Source of the DNA: a virus | Taxonomy: Duplodnaviria > Caudoviricetes | IMG/VR virus record: IMGVR_UViG_3300048996_000173 | Location: 1 to 60,985 of that record | DNA: 60,985 nucleotides | Direction: 5' to 3' (one strand) | In this document: positions 8,434 through 18,704 of the stretch, in pieces | Layout: every line of letters begins with the position of its first letter | Numbering within the stretch: position 1 is the first letter of the stretch | Notes under the pieces: generated by a model | The model's input: the letters and a program-made list of their open reading frames with translations, nothing else | Databases searched by the model: none | Told to the model about the DNA's origin: nothing | Program-made: the position numbers and the translations under genes

Positions 8434-9576
8434 CTAGGCTACCTGGTCGGTGCGGACCAGGGTCAGCGACGCGTCGTCGGACTGGTCCGGGGCGAGCTGG
8501 ATATTGGTGACGCGGCACCACATGAACTCGTCCGACCACTCGTCGTCCAGCTGTAGCGGGACCTCGTCGCCGGGGCGGATGGAAGTGATGGGCGCGTATG
8601 AGCTGTCCCGCAGGGTGATCCCGCTGACCTGGCGGCCGGCCACCAGCGCCTGCTTGAGGAGTACGGCGGCGCGGCGGTCCGCCTGCGCGATCAGCTTCAG
8701 GTCCTTGCGCTCCTCGAGCAGTACGCGCCGAATGCGGCCGGTCGGCTGGGTCGCGTAGCCGCGGATCATCGTACGGCCGTTACCGGCTCCGAGGACCATG
8801 ACGTCCGTGACGGGCCCATTCGTGGGCGGCTCGACGCTCGGCTGGACGAGGATGTTCTCCCCCACCACGAAGCGGAGGTGGTCCAGGCGGGCTCCCAGGG
8901 TCGGGTAGCCGCGCTCCAGCTTGTGTCGCAGCGTGTCGCCGTCCCACCAGTGCACCTCCCGGTAGTCGAACGGGGTGGTCTCCGCCAGGTCCTGCACCAC
9001 GGGGCCGAGGTCGTGCGTCTCGTACCAGTTCAGCTTGAACGGGCCGGCTTCCAGGCCGATCAGGCCTGACTCGGTATCGAACTCGACCTGGTCCAGCTTG
9101 TAGCCGATCTTGACCGGAGACGAGCAGGCGCCGATCTCGAGCCCCACGTCGCCGCCGGGCTTGGCCTGCAGCCAGTTGTAGACGTGCTCGTGGATGGCCA
9201 GCGGGTCGGTCTCGACGAAGAAGGTCGAGTCCGTGCCGGTACCGTCGCCGTACGGCTGCTTGAACGGGATGCCGGACAGTCCGATGCAGCGCAGGCTCTT
9301 CGTCTGGCCGGTGTGCGGCGCGGTCTCGAGGATGCCGCCGCCGCGGATGTCACCGGAGGAGTCCTCTGCCCAGATCGCCGTACCCCACTCTTCGAAGAGC
9401 GGCCGGCCGTCAGCTGCTTTCATGCCGGCGACGCCCGCCGAGACCTCCGCGGTGAGCTCGTTGGTCGCGGTCAGGTTGTCCATGATGGAGACGTTCGTCA
9501 GCGGCAGATCGGTGTGCAGGAACTCTCCCCACGCCGTACCGCTGTACCGCTGGAGCAGGTAGCGCCAGCCGGCCAT
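8434..9576 (-). CDS. Minor tail protein (baseplate hub/Tal-like)
   Basis: Position, WRYLLQR start and IRPGDEV...CRVTNI end typical of siphophage hub proteins. Confidence 0.75.
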   Translation of the reverse strand: MAGWRYLLQRYSGTAWGEFLHTDLPLTNVSIMDNLTATNELTAEVSAGVAGMKAADGRPLFEEWGTAIWAEDSSGDIRGGGILETAPHTGQTKSLRCIGLSGIPFKQPYGDGTGTDSTFFVETDPLAIHEHVYNWLQAKPGGDVGLEIGACSSPVKIGYKLDQVEFDTESGLIGLEAGPFKLNWYETHDLGPVVQDLAETTPFDYREVHWWDGDTLRHKLERGYPTLGARLDHLRFVVGENILVQPSVEPPTNGPVTDVMVLGAGNGRTMIRGYATQPTGRIRRVLLEERKDLKLIAQADRRAAVLLKQALVAGRQVSGITLRDSSYAPITSIRPGDEVPLQLDDEWSDEFMWCRVTNIQLAPDQSDDASLTLVRTDQVA

Positions 9577-10601
9577 CAGGAGGCCTCTTCGACAAACCTC
9601 AGCCGGATGTGGTAGTTGGAGTTGCCGTCGACCACGAGGTCGCCCTGGCTGGCCGCGTCGGTGGGTACGGCCTGGATCTGGAACGCCTGCGCCGTCCCGC
9701 GCTGGGCAGCCGGGACGATGACGCGCTCAGCCATGAGGACCGGATACCGGCCGGCCACTTGCTGGCTGTACTTGAAGCCACCGGTGCCCCAGCCGCCCGT
9801 CTGGCACCACACGCGGAAGGTGGCGTTGGTGTCGTCGCTGGCGGTATCCTTCATGCCCTGGAGCCAGGCGTCGATGTAGACGACGGTCGCCCAGTCCGGG
9901 ATCGCGATGTTCGAGTTACTGTTGTCCGGAAAGTATTCGAAGGTGACCTGGTTGGCGGTGCTCAGCGTGTCGTTCGAGGCGACAGCGTTCCACTCCCGGA
10001 TGTTCTCCCGGGGGTTCACAACGCGACGCAGGTCGACGATCTGGGCGCCGCCGGTGATGGTGGTCCAGTTGCTGGCCAGGTCCAGGCGCGAGAGGGCGTA
10101 GCAGGGGTACGGCGGCGGGGAGGGGAGGTCCTCGACCCGGGTGGTGCCCGCCGGGACGTTCCGGATGATGAACGGCCGGACGTACTGGTAGGTCAGGGCC
10201 GCGGTCGGCGTCGCCGGCTTGTTCGCGTCGGTCAGCCAGGCATGACCGGCAGTGGTGTACAGCGGGTCGCCGACAGTCACGCAGACGAGGTGAGACTGGG
10301 CGACGCCAGGGTTGGTCGCCGGGAAGCCGCCCGGGAGGTCGACAGACGCATTGGTCAGGTCCATCGCGGCCTGGTTCTCGACGATGTACGCCTGGCCGGA
10401 GTTGGAGACGTACCGGTTCTCGATCACGCCTCCGCCGGCCGAGATGCGCACGCCAGCGCCCGGAGCGGCCAGAGGGATGACCTTCAGGTCGCCGACGTTG
10501 ATGACGCCCGACTGCTTGACGGCGGCGCGGTTGCCCAGGCGCTGCAGCGAGGCCGGCGTCCGGGCGCCATCGATAGCCAGCGCGGCTGCGGTGAACGGCA
10601 C
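9576..10601 (-). CDS. Minor tail protein
   Basis: GDLKVIPLAAPGAGVRI...IVDLR pattern of actinophage baseplate proteins. Confidence 0.75.
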   Translation of the reverse strand: MPFTAAALAIDGARTPASLQRLGNRAAVKQSGVINVGDLKVIPLAAPGAGVRISAGGGVIENRYVSNSGQAYIVENQAAMDLTNASVDLPGGFPATNPGVAQSHLVCVTVGDPLYTTAGHAWLTDANKPATPTAALTYQYVRPFIIRNVPAGTTRVEDLPSPPPYPCYALSRLDLASNWTTITGGAQIVDLRRVVNPRENIREWNAVASNDTLSTANQVTFEYFPDNSNSNIAIPDWATVVYIDAWLQGMKDTASDDTNATFRVWCQTGGWGTGGFKYSQQVAGRYPVLMAERVIVPAAQRGTAQAFQIQAVPTDAASQGDLVVDGNSNYHIRLRFVEEAS

Positions 10602-10614
10602 GAGATCCTCCTGG

Positions 10615-11517
10615 TCAGAGCGCCGCGTGGGCGCCGTAGGTCTTGATGGTGGCTGTACCCGTCATGGTACCGGACAGTGCGCGGAAGCCAAAGCTCTGGT
10701 TGCCGGGCAGGACGAACAGGTTGCGCATCCGGACCCGGGGGTTGATGTAGCCGGCCACGCTCAGGCCGTCCTGGTTGACGATCGACCGTCGCCAGGGGCG
10801 GGTGTCGATCTCGACCCAGTCGCCCTCGGCGATCGTGGCGTTGAGCTTCAGGGTCCATGCGGGAGTGTAGATCTCCGGGTCGATGGCCTCACCGGTGATG
10901 CGGATGATCGGCCAGCTCGGCCGGCTGCCGGGGATGTGGACCTCGCCCTCGTTGTTGCCGGAAGGCAGGCTCGTGGTCGGGTAGGTGATCGGGTAGGTGA
11001 TGCCACCCTCGGACTCGGCCACCAGGTCCAGCGTCGCGACCTCGGGCACGTCGTCGTAGAACAGCGGGTCGACGCGTTGGAAGTCGCAGGTGATCGGGAT
11101 CATGCCCGACAGGACCCGGTTGTCCATCGAGTTGGCCCAGCGGCGCGGGCGGCCGTAGACCCTTCGCGTCCGTCCGGCGACCTTGTAGCGGATCACCGCC
11201 ACCTCGTCGGCGACGGTCGAGACGCCAGGGCCCGTCCAGGCGGTCGCCAGGGCACTCAGGGCGGCGAAGGCGTCCTCCTCCGACTGCTGGTTCACGAAGA
11301 GAGACCAGGTGAAGTTGGAGCCCTTGCGGACGTCGCGGCCCATCATCGTCGCACCGGTGGCCGGGTTGTCGACGTCCTGGGTGAGCCACTCGGCCACGCC
11401 CGGGTCGAAGCCGTCCGCGGTGCAGTGGATGGCGCGGCCGATCCCGAACGCCGTACCGGTGTCGAACTCCTCGGTCTGGAGGAGTTCGAACTGGTGGTCC
11501 TCGAGCAGCGTCGTCAC
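10615..11517 (-). CDS. Distal tail (Dit-like) protein
   Basis: Directly after the tape measure gene. Motifs VYGRPRR, DPLFY, WPIIRITG and IDTRPW. Confidence 0.8.
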   Translation of the reverse strand: MTTLLEDHQFELLQTEEFDTGTAFGIGRAIHCTADGFDPGVAEWLTQDVDNPATGATMMGRDVRKGSNFTWSLFVNQQSEEDAFAALSALATAWTGPGVSTVADEVAVIRYKVAGRTRRVYGRPRRWANSMDNRVLSGMIPITCDFQRVDPLFYDDVPEVATLDLVAESEGGITYPITYPTTSLPSGNNEGEVHIPGSRPSWPIIRITGEAIDPEIYTPAWTLKLNATIAEGDWVEIDTRPWRRSIVNQDGLSVAGYINPRVRMRNLFVLPGNQSFGFRALSGTMTGTATIKTYGAHAAL

Positions 11518-14500
11518 TTGAACACCCCGTCGTCGATCCGCTTCCAGGTGAAGGCCAGGTCGTCAGCGACATCGCCGGCCGTGAGGTCGGACTGGTTGAA
11601 CGTCGGCGCGTAGGTGAATCCGTCACCCTTGCTGCCGGCGCCCATGCTGGAGAACTGGTCCTCGGTGAAGACCGGCTCGGGCCTGCCCGTGAGGTTGACC
11701 ACTCGGGTGATGCCCGGGGGCAGGTACCCACCGTTGTCGTACATCATCGTGCCGTTGTCGGGCACGGTGCCACCGTCAGAGTACCAGCCGTGGTCCTCGC
11801 GGAAGTTCAGCGCCCCCTGCGGGTCGCCGTACCGGTCCTTGATGTACTGCAGGCCGTACTGGGCCTGCAGCTGCGGGTCGCTGGTCTTCTTGCCGTACGG
11901 GCCCCAGGTGCCGTTGAGGAACTGGAAGAGGCCGTACGCCGTGCTCGACGGGTTCTGTGCGTTCGGGTCCCAGCCGGATTCGGCCTGGACGATCTTGGCG
12001 AGGGCCGACCACTGGTTGCCCTCCCAGCCGAACATGGTCTTCGCCATCGTGGCGACCATTTCCTTCAGGCCGCCGGCGATCGGGGTCCAGCTCTCCTCGC
12101 TCTGGCCCGGCAGGAATCCGGTGATCATCTGGCCCATGCCGGTGATGATCGCCTCGGGGATCGCCTTCAGGGTCTTGGTGAGGGTGTTGTCGCCCCAGTC
12201 CTCGGTGAGCTTGCCCAGCTTGTCGCTGATCTTGCCGCGCAGCCAGTCGACCGGGTTGCTGATGGCGTCGCTGACCCAGCCGACGATGCCGCTCAGGCCG
12301 CCCTTGATCTTCTCGAGCAGGCTCGGGTCCTTCTTGACGTTCGGGCCGTCGTCCTTGCCGCCCAGGCCATCGCCGCCGGCGTAGTAGTCGGCGACCTGTC
12401 GCTTCGCGGCGTCGGACGCGGTCGGGTCACCCGCGGCGATGCCGTGGATGTGCGGGTTCCAAGGGCCCTGGCTCGAGTTGCGGTGCCAGGCAGCGAAGCC
12501 GACGGTGCGCAGCGCGAAGACGAGAGCTTGGCCGAGCAGGCCGCCGGGCCAGCCGGCGTCGAAGGCGCCACCGCCGGCGTGCGTCGATCCGGACGCGGCC
12601 ACCGAGGTGGAGTAGGAGCCCTGGGTGATGCGGAGGGTCTGCTGCGACAGCCGCTCGGCCGCCTGCAGCATCCGGATCGTGCGGTAGTTGAACCGCTTGC
12701 CGCGCCAGGTGGTCTTGTCGAACTCGCCGACCGAGCTGGCCGGCACGACGCCACCCTCGTAGTAGCCGCCGAGGTAGTTGGCGACACCCTGCGTCCCCTG
12801 CAGCTTGGCGCGCTTGTTGATGGCGTTGACCCACCCCGGGCCGAGTACGCGGGTCGCCTCCGGGCGGAGGATAGCCTCGCCTCCACCGACCGCGATGAGC
12901 TGGTTGTCTCGGCCCGGGGTGTAGCCGAATCGGACGCCGTAGTTCTTGTCCGGGATACCGCCGTTGGCGAAGCCCGCCGGCGGCCACGGGATCGGTTCGA
13001 CCGGCTTCAGGCCGGGCAGGTGGTTAGCCAGTCCGTTGAAGCCGGCGATCAGACCCTTGTTGATGATCGTGTCGACCATGAACGTGACGGGCGCCTTCAG
13101 GGTGTTTCCGAGGCCCTCCCAGATGGTCTTGATGAGGCTGATGGCGGAGCGGAACGCCCCGACCAGGCCGCCGCCCTTCTCCTTGCCGGCATCGTCGACA
13201 CCGAGCTTGTCAGCGATCGTGTCGAAGACCGGCTTGAGGATGGTCTCCCAGCCGAGCTTGATCAGCTTCCAGGTGTCGTCGAAGAGCTTGCCAACAGCGC
13301 GCAGGACCGGGCCAACAGTGAGGTTCCACAGCTGCCACAGGATCCGGCCGAGCACATCCAGGACCGGCCAGATCACGTTCTCCCAGACCCACTTGATGTC
13401 GCCGCCCATCTCGGAGAACAGGTCCTTGATGTCGGTCAGGACGGGCTTGGCCGTATCCTCCCAGAAGGCCTGGAGGTTCTCGGTGGCCCAGTCGAGGAAC
13501 GGGCTCAGCACCTCATCCCAGAACCAGACGAGAGCAGTCTGGAGATCGGAGAGCACGCCGATCACGAGACCCATGTTCCAGGCCCAGAGCTGGAAGGCGT
13601 GGACGATGATCCACTCGACGACCGGCCAGACGTCCTGGACGAGCTTAGCAAAATCTTCGTTCGTCTTGTAGAGGTAGACCAGCGCAGCGACCAGGGCGAG
13701 CGCGATGAGGACCCAGGCGCCGATGGGGCTGAAGATCACGGAGACGAGCGCGATGATGCCGGACAGTGCCTGGAAGGCGCCGATCAGCGTCAGGATCGCG
13801 CCGATTACGGTAGCGATGGTCTTGGGGTCCAGCCCGGCGATCCAGTTGAGGATGTCGGTGAGGACCTTCAGGATGTCCGGGCCGAACATCGCGAGCGCCT
13901 CGACCACGGCGAGCAGGGCGAGGGCGAGGGCCTTGAAGAAGTCGCGGACGGTGGGAGCGACCTCGACCAGGTAGGCGAAGAAGTCCTGGATCAGCTTCTG
14001 CCCCTCCTTCGAGCGCGTCCACTCGAGGACTCGCTTGGAGATGTCGAGCAGCGCCTCCGAGACGAGCAGGGCGAATGGGGCGGCCGCGACCGCCAGGTTG
14101 GCGAAGGCGGACAGCCAGTTGATGAAGGCCTCACCGAACTGCTTGGTGATGATCGGGGCGATGTCCCCGACCATCTTGAAGAACGCCTTCCACTCCTTGT
14201 TCGTGAAGACCGCGGCGGCCTGCTTCGCCAGCTCGCCGAGCAGCTTCGCCATCTCGCCAGCGAACTTGATGAAGTCCTCGCCGTAGGTGTCGATCAGGGT
14301 CTGCAGGGCGTCCTGGAGGCCGGGCAGGAAGCCCTCCTGGATGACGGCGCGCAGACGCTCGAAGTCGTCGGCCAGGCCGTGGATGAAGAGCGCGAAGGCC
14401 TGGCCAGCGGGGGACAGCTTACCCATCGCGTCAGCGAGCTTCTGGGCGGACGCCGAGCCGAGTTCGTTCGTCTCGACCAGGGCGTCCTTGTAGTCCAGCT

Positions 14501-16412
14501 GGGCCTGGGTCAGGCGCCGCTGGGCATCCTCGAGCGCCTCGCTGTTGTCCTGCTGGGCCCGCTTCTGGGCCTTGATGGCGTCGGCGACCGAACGCGCACC
14601 GTCGATGCGAGCCTGGTTCAGCTCGCGCTCAGCGTCGACCAGGCCACGCTGGGCCTCCTGCTGAGCCTCGAGCGCGGAGGTGACGCGGTCCTGAGCGTTC
14701 TTGACCTTGTCGGAGTCGTTGACCCCCTTCTTGCGCTGGTCGGCGAGCTCCTTCTCTTCCTTTCGGATGTCCTCGAGACGCAGCTTCGCGTTCTCCAGGT
14801 TGATCGACGCCTGCTCCTTCTCGAAGTTGGTCGCCCCCGGGTCGCGCTGGGCGGCGTCGTTCTCGACGGTTGCGGTGAAGAGGTCAAGCACGCCCTGGCG
14901 CTCGTCGAGCCGGTTCCGCTTCTGCTTGGCTGCGATCTCATCGAGCTCCTTCTGAGCGTCGATGCGCGCCTGGGTCAGGTCCTTTTGAGCCTGGGCGGCG
15001 TCCTCGTTGGCCTTGGAGAGCCGGCGCTCGGCGTCCTCCTGACGGCGCAGCGCGCTCTCGATCGAGCGAGCAGCCTGCTCCTTGGCGTCGACGACAGCCT
15101 GCTCGGCGTCGGCGGCACGCTGAGCAACGTCCTCCCGAGTGCGGGCCAGGGCGCGCTCGGCGTCCTCGACCTGCTCCGCGGCGTTGCGCATCCGCTTGGC
15201 GGCCGCCTGGGAGTCCTTGGCGGCGTTCTTCTGCTGGTCACCCAGCGCCGTGACGGCGTCGCCGATACCGGAGAAGCCGATGAGCATCACGCCGAGCGCG
15301 GCTCCGAGGCCCAGGGCCGCTACGGCGGCACCGAGCAGACCGCCGGAGATCAGAGCGAGGATTGGAACCAGGCCGGCGCCCGTGGCGGATACGGCCAGGG
15401 CTGCTCCATTGAAGAAGCGGAACGAGTTGGCGGTGTCGCGGCCATCCAGCGACAGGCGCTGGAACGCCCGGCCGAGCAGGCTGAGGTCCTTCTCGGTCTT
15501 GCGCGCGTTGTCGGCGTCGACCTTGATTCGGGCGCGCTTACCGTCCAGCTTCTCGCGCGCTCGGTCGGCGGACTCGATGGCGAGCAGGGCCGCGGTAGCG
15601 TCGGCGTTCACCTGAATGTCGATGGTGGTGGCGGCGAGGCGAGCCAGCTCGATCTCGATCGAGCGGATCTCCTTCTCCGCCTCCTTCGCGGTGACGTCGA
15701 TGCCGATCTTCTTCAGGTTGAGCGACTGTAGCCGGGCCTGGACTTCCTGGAGGTTCCGGTTCACGCTGTCGCCGATGGCGTCGCCCGCCTTGTTCAGGCG
15801 GTTCTTCAGCTGCTGCTCGAACGCGCCCAGCTTCCGCTCGGCCGGCTTGGTGTCGACGTCGACCTTCGCGGTGTGGTCCAGCTTCTGGATCTGGCGCTCA
15901 AGGCGCTCCAGGCCGGCGGTGGCCGCCGTGGCGTCCAGGCCGACGCGGAAGTCCTGGTCGCGCATGGTGCGCTTCAGGAAGACGGCAACCTCGGCGGCGC
16001 GACGCTCGATCTCCGAGGTGTCCATGCCGGGCTTGATCTGGATCTTCGACAGAGCCTTCGCCTCGGCCTTATAGTGCTCGAAGAGGCTGGCCAGCTCGCG
16101 GTCATCCGTGCGCAGCTGGATCGGGTCCAGCTCCTTGCTCAGCGACTTCAGTGAGTTGCCGAGCTCGGTGCGGAACTTTCCGGCATACTTCTTGCCGGCT
16201 TCCTCACCAGCCCGCTCTGCGCCTTCGCCCAGTTCGGCTCCGAGGATCTTGCCGGCCTTGGCGGCCGCGGACTTGGCGCCCTTCTGGACGCCGTCGTCGA
16301 TCTCCTTCTCGAGCGCCCGGCCGAGCCCCTTGGCCATGCGCGAGTTAGCATCCTGCACACCGTCGTACGAAACCTGCACCTGGAGGAAAACGGTGCCAGC
16401 TGAGTACGGCAC
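11514..16412 (-). CDS. Tape measure protein with C-terminal peptidase-like and lytic transglycosylase domains
   Basis: 1632 aa with long helical repeats and a W/F periodic region. Motifs STHAGGGAFD...HIHG and ESGWDPNAQNPSSTAYGLFQF. Confidence 0.92.
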   Translation of the reverse strand: MPYSAGTVFLQVQVSYDGVQDANSRMAKGLGRALEKEIDDGVQKGAKSAAAKAGKILGAELGEGAERAGEEAGKKYAGKFRTELGNSLKSLSKELDPIQLRTDDRELASLFEHYKAEAKALSKIQIKPGMDTSEIERRAAEVAVFLKRTMRDQDFRVGLDATAATAGLERLERQIQKLDHTAKVDVDTKPAERKLGAFEQQLKNRLNKAGDAIGDSVNRNLQEVQARLQSLNLKKIGIDVTAKEAEKEIRSIEIELARLAATTIDIQVNADATAALLAIESADRAREKLDGKRARIKVDADNARKTEKDLSLLGRAFQRLSLDGRDTANSFRFFNGAALAVSATGAGLVPILALISGGLLGAAVAALGLGAALGVMLIGFSGIGDAVTALGDQQKNAAKDSQAAAKRMRNAAEQVEDAERALARTREDVAQRAADAEQAVVDAKEQAARSIESALRRQEDAERRLSKANEDAAQAQKDLTQARIDAQKELDEIAAKQKRNRLDERQGVLDLFTATVENDAAQRDPGATNFEKEQASINLENAKLRLEDIRKEEKELADQRKKGVNDSDKVKNAQDRVTSALEAQQEAQRGLVDAERELNQARIDGARSVADAIKAQKRAQQDNSEALEDAQRRLTQAQLDYKDALVETNELGSASAQKLADAMGKLSPAGQAFALFIHGLADDFERLRAVIQEGFLPGLQDALQTLIDTYGEDFIKFAGEMAKLLGELAKQAAAVFTNKEWKAFFKMVGDIAPIITKQFGEAFINWLSAFANLAVAAAPFALLVSEALLDISKRVLEWTRSKEGQKLIQDFFAYLVEVAPTVRDFFKALALALLAVVEALAMFGPDILKVLTDILNWIAGLDPKTIATVIGAILTLIGAFQALSGIIALVSVIFSPIGAWVLIALALVAALVYLYKTNEDFAKLVQDVWPVVEWIIVHAFQLWAWNMGLVIGVLSDLQTALVWFWDEVLSPFLDWATENLQAFWEDTAKPVLTDIKDLFSEMGGDIKWVWENVIWPVLDVLGRILWQLWNLTVGPVLRAVGKLFDDTWKLIKLGWETILKPVFDTIADKLGVDDAGKEKGGGLVGAFRSAISLIKTIWEGLGNTLKAPVTFMVDTIINKGLIAGFNGLANHLPGLKPVEPIPWPPAGFANGGIPDKNYGVRFGYTPGRDNQLIAVGGGEAILRPEATRVLGPGWVNAINKRAKLQGTQGVANYLGGYYEGGVVPASSVGEFDKTTWRGKRFNYRTIRMLQAAERLSQQTLRITQGSYSTSVAASGSTHAGGGAFDAGWPGGLLGQALVFALRTVGFAAWHRNSSQGPWNPHIHGIAAGDPTASDAAKRQVADYYAGGDGLGGKDDGPNVKKDPSLLEKIKGGLSGIVGWVSDAISNPVDWLRGKISDKLGKLTEDWGDNTLTKTLKAIPEAIITGMGQMITGFLPGQSEESWTPIAGGLKEMVATMAKTMFGWEGNQWSALAKIVQAESGWDPNAQNPSSTAYGLFQFLNGTWGPYGKKTSDPQLQAQYGLQYIKDRYGDPQGALNFREDHGWYSDGGTVPDNGTMMYDNGGYLPPGITRVVNLTGRPEPVFTEDQFSSMGAGSKGDGFTYAPTFNQSDLTAGDVADDLAFTWKRIDDGVFK

Positions 16413-16459
16413 GAGGATCTCCTCCGGGGTGGGGGTGCGGACGGCTAACGCTCAGTGTA

Positions 16460-17179
16460 TCAGTCGGCTCTGGAGCGCCGGTTCCGCAACATCCGGGCGG
16501 CCAGCGCCTCGTGCTTGCGCCACTTCATCCGCTCCATGGCCTTGCTCAGCTCGGACTTCGGCCGGGCATCCATCTTCGGCTTCTCGACGCCCGTGGCACC
16601 GTTCGTGGCGGCGATCCGGTACGAGATGATCTTCAGCTGGTCGAGCACGTCGGTGAGCTTGGCGAGCTCGGGCGACCAGGTGTACCACGGCGGTGAGGCG
16701 TCGGTCTCCTGCTCCGGGTGCTGCGCGCGATGCTCGGCAATGCGGGCGGCGTGCTCGGGGTCCTTGGCCAGCGCGTTCTGGTAGTGGGTGTTCTGGGGCA
16801 GGTGATCGATCAGGTTGAGGAGGGCCCGCCACTTCCGCGCGCGCCACATGTCGGCCGGTCCGATCCCGGGATACCAGCGAGGGAAGTCGGCCTCGAGCTG
16901 ATCTGAGTAGCGGTCCATCGCGTGCGCAAGCCGGCGGGTCTGAGCCTCATCCGGAGTCAGGCCGTAATGGGCCACCCAGGCCGCGCGGAGCAGGTCCGCT
17001 TGAGCGAGGGACATTGCACCGAGCTGGGCGGAGTTGATGAAGGCCTTGACGTCGGAGACGCAGGCCGCCACGCGACGCCAGTTCATCTGCGCTGGGTCCA
17101 GAGACACGACGACCCGCTGGCCACTCAGGGAGGCGACCAGCGGGCCGGTGCGCTCTCGATCTAGATCGTCGAGAGCCAT
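16460..17179 (-). CDS. Tail assembly chaperone, GT-like
   Basis: Directly before the tape measure gene. LEADF...LLNLIDHLP...W(S/T)PE pattern. Confidence 0.75.
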   Translation of the reverse strand: MALDDLDRERTGPLVASLSGQRVVVSLDPAQMNWRRVAACVSDVKAFINSAQLGAMSLAQADLLRAAWVAHYGLTPDEAQTRRLAHAMDRYSDQLEADFPRWYPGIGPADMWRARKWRALLNLIDHLPQNTHYQNALAKDPEHAARIAEHRAQHPEQETDASPPWYTWSPELAKLTDVLDQLKIISYRIAATNGATGVEKPKMDARPKSELSKAMERMKWRKHEALAARMLRNRRSRAD

Positions 17180-17183
17180 GTCG

Positions 17184-17546
17184 TCAGATCGGCAGGCTCT
17201 TGCGGCCGCCGATCTCCGGCATGCCGAAGTGCTTGCCGATCTTCTGGACGAGGACGCCCATCAGCTCGATCGCGATCGGGTTCTCCCGCAGGAAGATCTT
17301 GTCGTCCTCGTCCGGGATGATGTGCCTGAGAATCTCGATGTTGTCCTCGAGCGTCGCCAGGATGCGCCAGTCCACCAGGTTCGGGTCGGTGACCCGGATC
17401 CGCTGGGTGACGTCCTGCTTTACGCCGTCGACCTCGACCTTGCCCTTGCGGACGAAGTAGAAGTCGCGACGCTTCGGCAGGTTGGACTGCTCGACATCCA
17501 GGTCGACATCGACCACAGAGTCGAAGTTCACGACGTTGTCGGTCAC
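17184..17546 (-). CDS. Tail assembly chaperone, G-like
   Basis: Size and position. AAGGAG RBS. Confidence 0.7.
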   Translation of the reverse strand: MTDNVVNFDSVVDVDLDVEQSNLPKRRDFYFVRKGKVEVDGVKQDVTQRIRVTDPNLVDWRILATLEDNIEILRHIIPDEDDKIFLRENPIAIELMGVLVQKIGKHFGMPEIGGRKSLPI

Positions 17547-17563
17547 TTGGGCGGGCTCCTTCG

Positions 17564-17911
17564 TCAGTTCGCGCGCGGGGGCCGCGGGGTGTTGGCCTTG
17601 GGGGCCGGAACCTTCGCGTCCTCGGAATCGGTCTTCGGGGCCTCGGCCGAGCCGGCGACAGCGGAAGCCTGGTCGGCGCCGCCCGTCTGCTCGTCGGAGG
17701 TGTTGGCCTCGGCGGAGTCCGCCTCGGTCTTCTCGGTGGCCTTGGCGACCTCGGACTGGTAGTCCTTGGTCCCCTTCTCGTCCACCACGTAGCCCCGGGC
17801 GGTGAGGTTGTTCTCATCGGTCGGGGTGTACGCGACACGGGTCGAGCGGGTCTCGTTCTCGCCCTTGGCGAGGATCTTCGGGAACCCCTCGTACTTCTTC
17901 TTCTCTGCCAT
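17564..17911 (-). CDS. Hypothetical protein with acidic low-complexity tail
   Basis: Good codon bias, with TAAGCT 7 nt before the ATG. Confidence 0.7.
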   Translation of the reverse strand: MAEKKKYEGFPKILAKGENETRSTRVAYTPTDENNLTARGYVVDEKGTKDYQSEVAKATEKTEADSAEANTSDEQTGGADQASAVAGSAEAPKTDSEDAKVPAPKANTPRPPRAN

Positions 17912-17943
17912 GGCCACCAGCTTACACCAGGAGTCCGGACATG

Positions 17944-17985
17944 GCGAGAGCCCCGACCGCCCGCCCAGGGAGTCGAGGCTCTCGC
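17944..17985 (-). terminator. Hairpin after the major tail gene
   Basis: Stem GCGAGAGCCCCGAC/GTCGAGGCTCTCGC. Confidence 0.55.
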
Positions 17986-17998
17986 GCCAGAGGGTAGC

Positions 17999-18685
17999 TC
18001 AGGCCCAGCCCATCTCCGCCAGGGTCGCGTTCCAGCCAGCGCCGCCGAAGATCCAGCGCTCGGAGTAGCCCAGGTCGTCGTCGACCTCACCGGTGAAGGT
18101 GAAGCTCCACGCGATCGGGTCGTCGCCGCCACCGAACGCCTGCTCGCCGCGGTTGGTCACCTTGGCCTTGGGCAGGAAGCGAGCGATGTAGATCTCGCCG
18201 GAATCCGTCAGGTCGACCGCCAGCGAGAGCAGACGGTAGTGCCGGCCCTGCGGACGGGTCGCCTTCGGGATCGAGACCTCACCGGTGTCGACGTCCGGAA
18301 CCAGTGCGGCCGCGTCGACCGCGGTCATCAGGCCGATCGTGCGGGCCTTGGTCTCCTGGGCCACCACACTCAGGGTCGTGGTGTCGGAGATGATGTCCGA
18401 ACGGGTCGGGGTCACCGAGCCCCAGGACTGGACGTCCGAGGTCGTGGTGTCGGTCGCGAACGACGCGCCGTCGGTCGAGAGCAGGCCGAGGTCGTCGTAC
18501 GTGAGCGGCAGCGCAACAAGGTCGATGACCTCGTTCGGCGCGGTGCCGGTCTTGGCGGTCAGGTCCGCGATCGGGGAAGTCGGGGCACCGGTACCGTCCA
18601 GGAAGTCGCTCACGAAGACGGAGCCATCGAGAGCCTTCCGGATCAGGGCCCGCTGCTTGTTGGCCACTGCGTCGTAAGAGGGCAC
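17999..18685 (-). CDS. Major tail protein
   Basis: Motifs LIRKALDGSVF, DLGLLSTDG, SWGSVTPTRSDI and GAGW, plus position. Confidence 0.85.
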   Translation of the reverse strand: MPSYDAVANKQRALIRKALDGSVFVSDFLDGTGAPTSPIADLTAKTGTAPNEVIDLVALPLTYDDLGLLSTDGASFATDTTTSDVQSWGSVTPTRSDIISDTTTLSVVAQETKARTIGLMTAVDAAALVPDVDTGEVSIPKATRPQGRHYRLLSLAVDLTDSGEIYIARFLPKAKVTNRGEQAFGGGDDPIAWSFTFTGEVDDDLGYSERWIFGGAGWNATLAEMGWA

Positions 18686-18704
18686 GTGTTCACCTTCCAG
18701 GTCG

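Noticed and set aside
11790-15731. 1313-aa plus-strand ORF and many other long antisense ORFs
   Set aside because: These are shadows of GC3-biased genes on the opposite strand, with no motifs or RBS.
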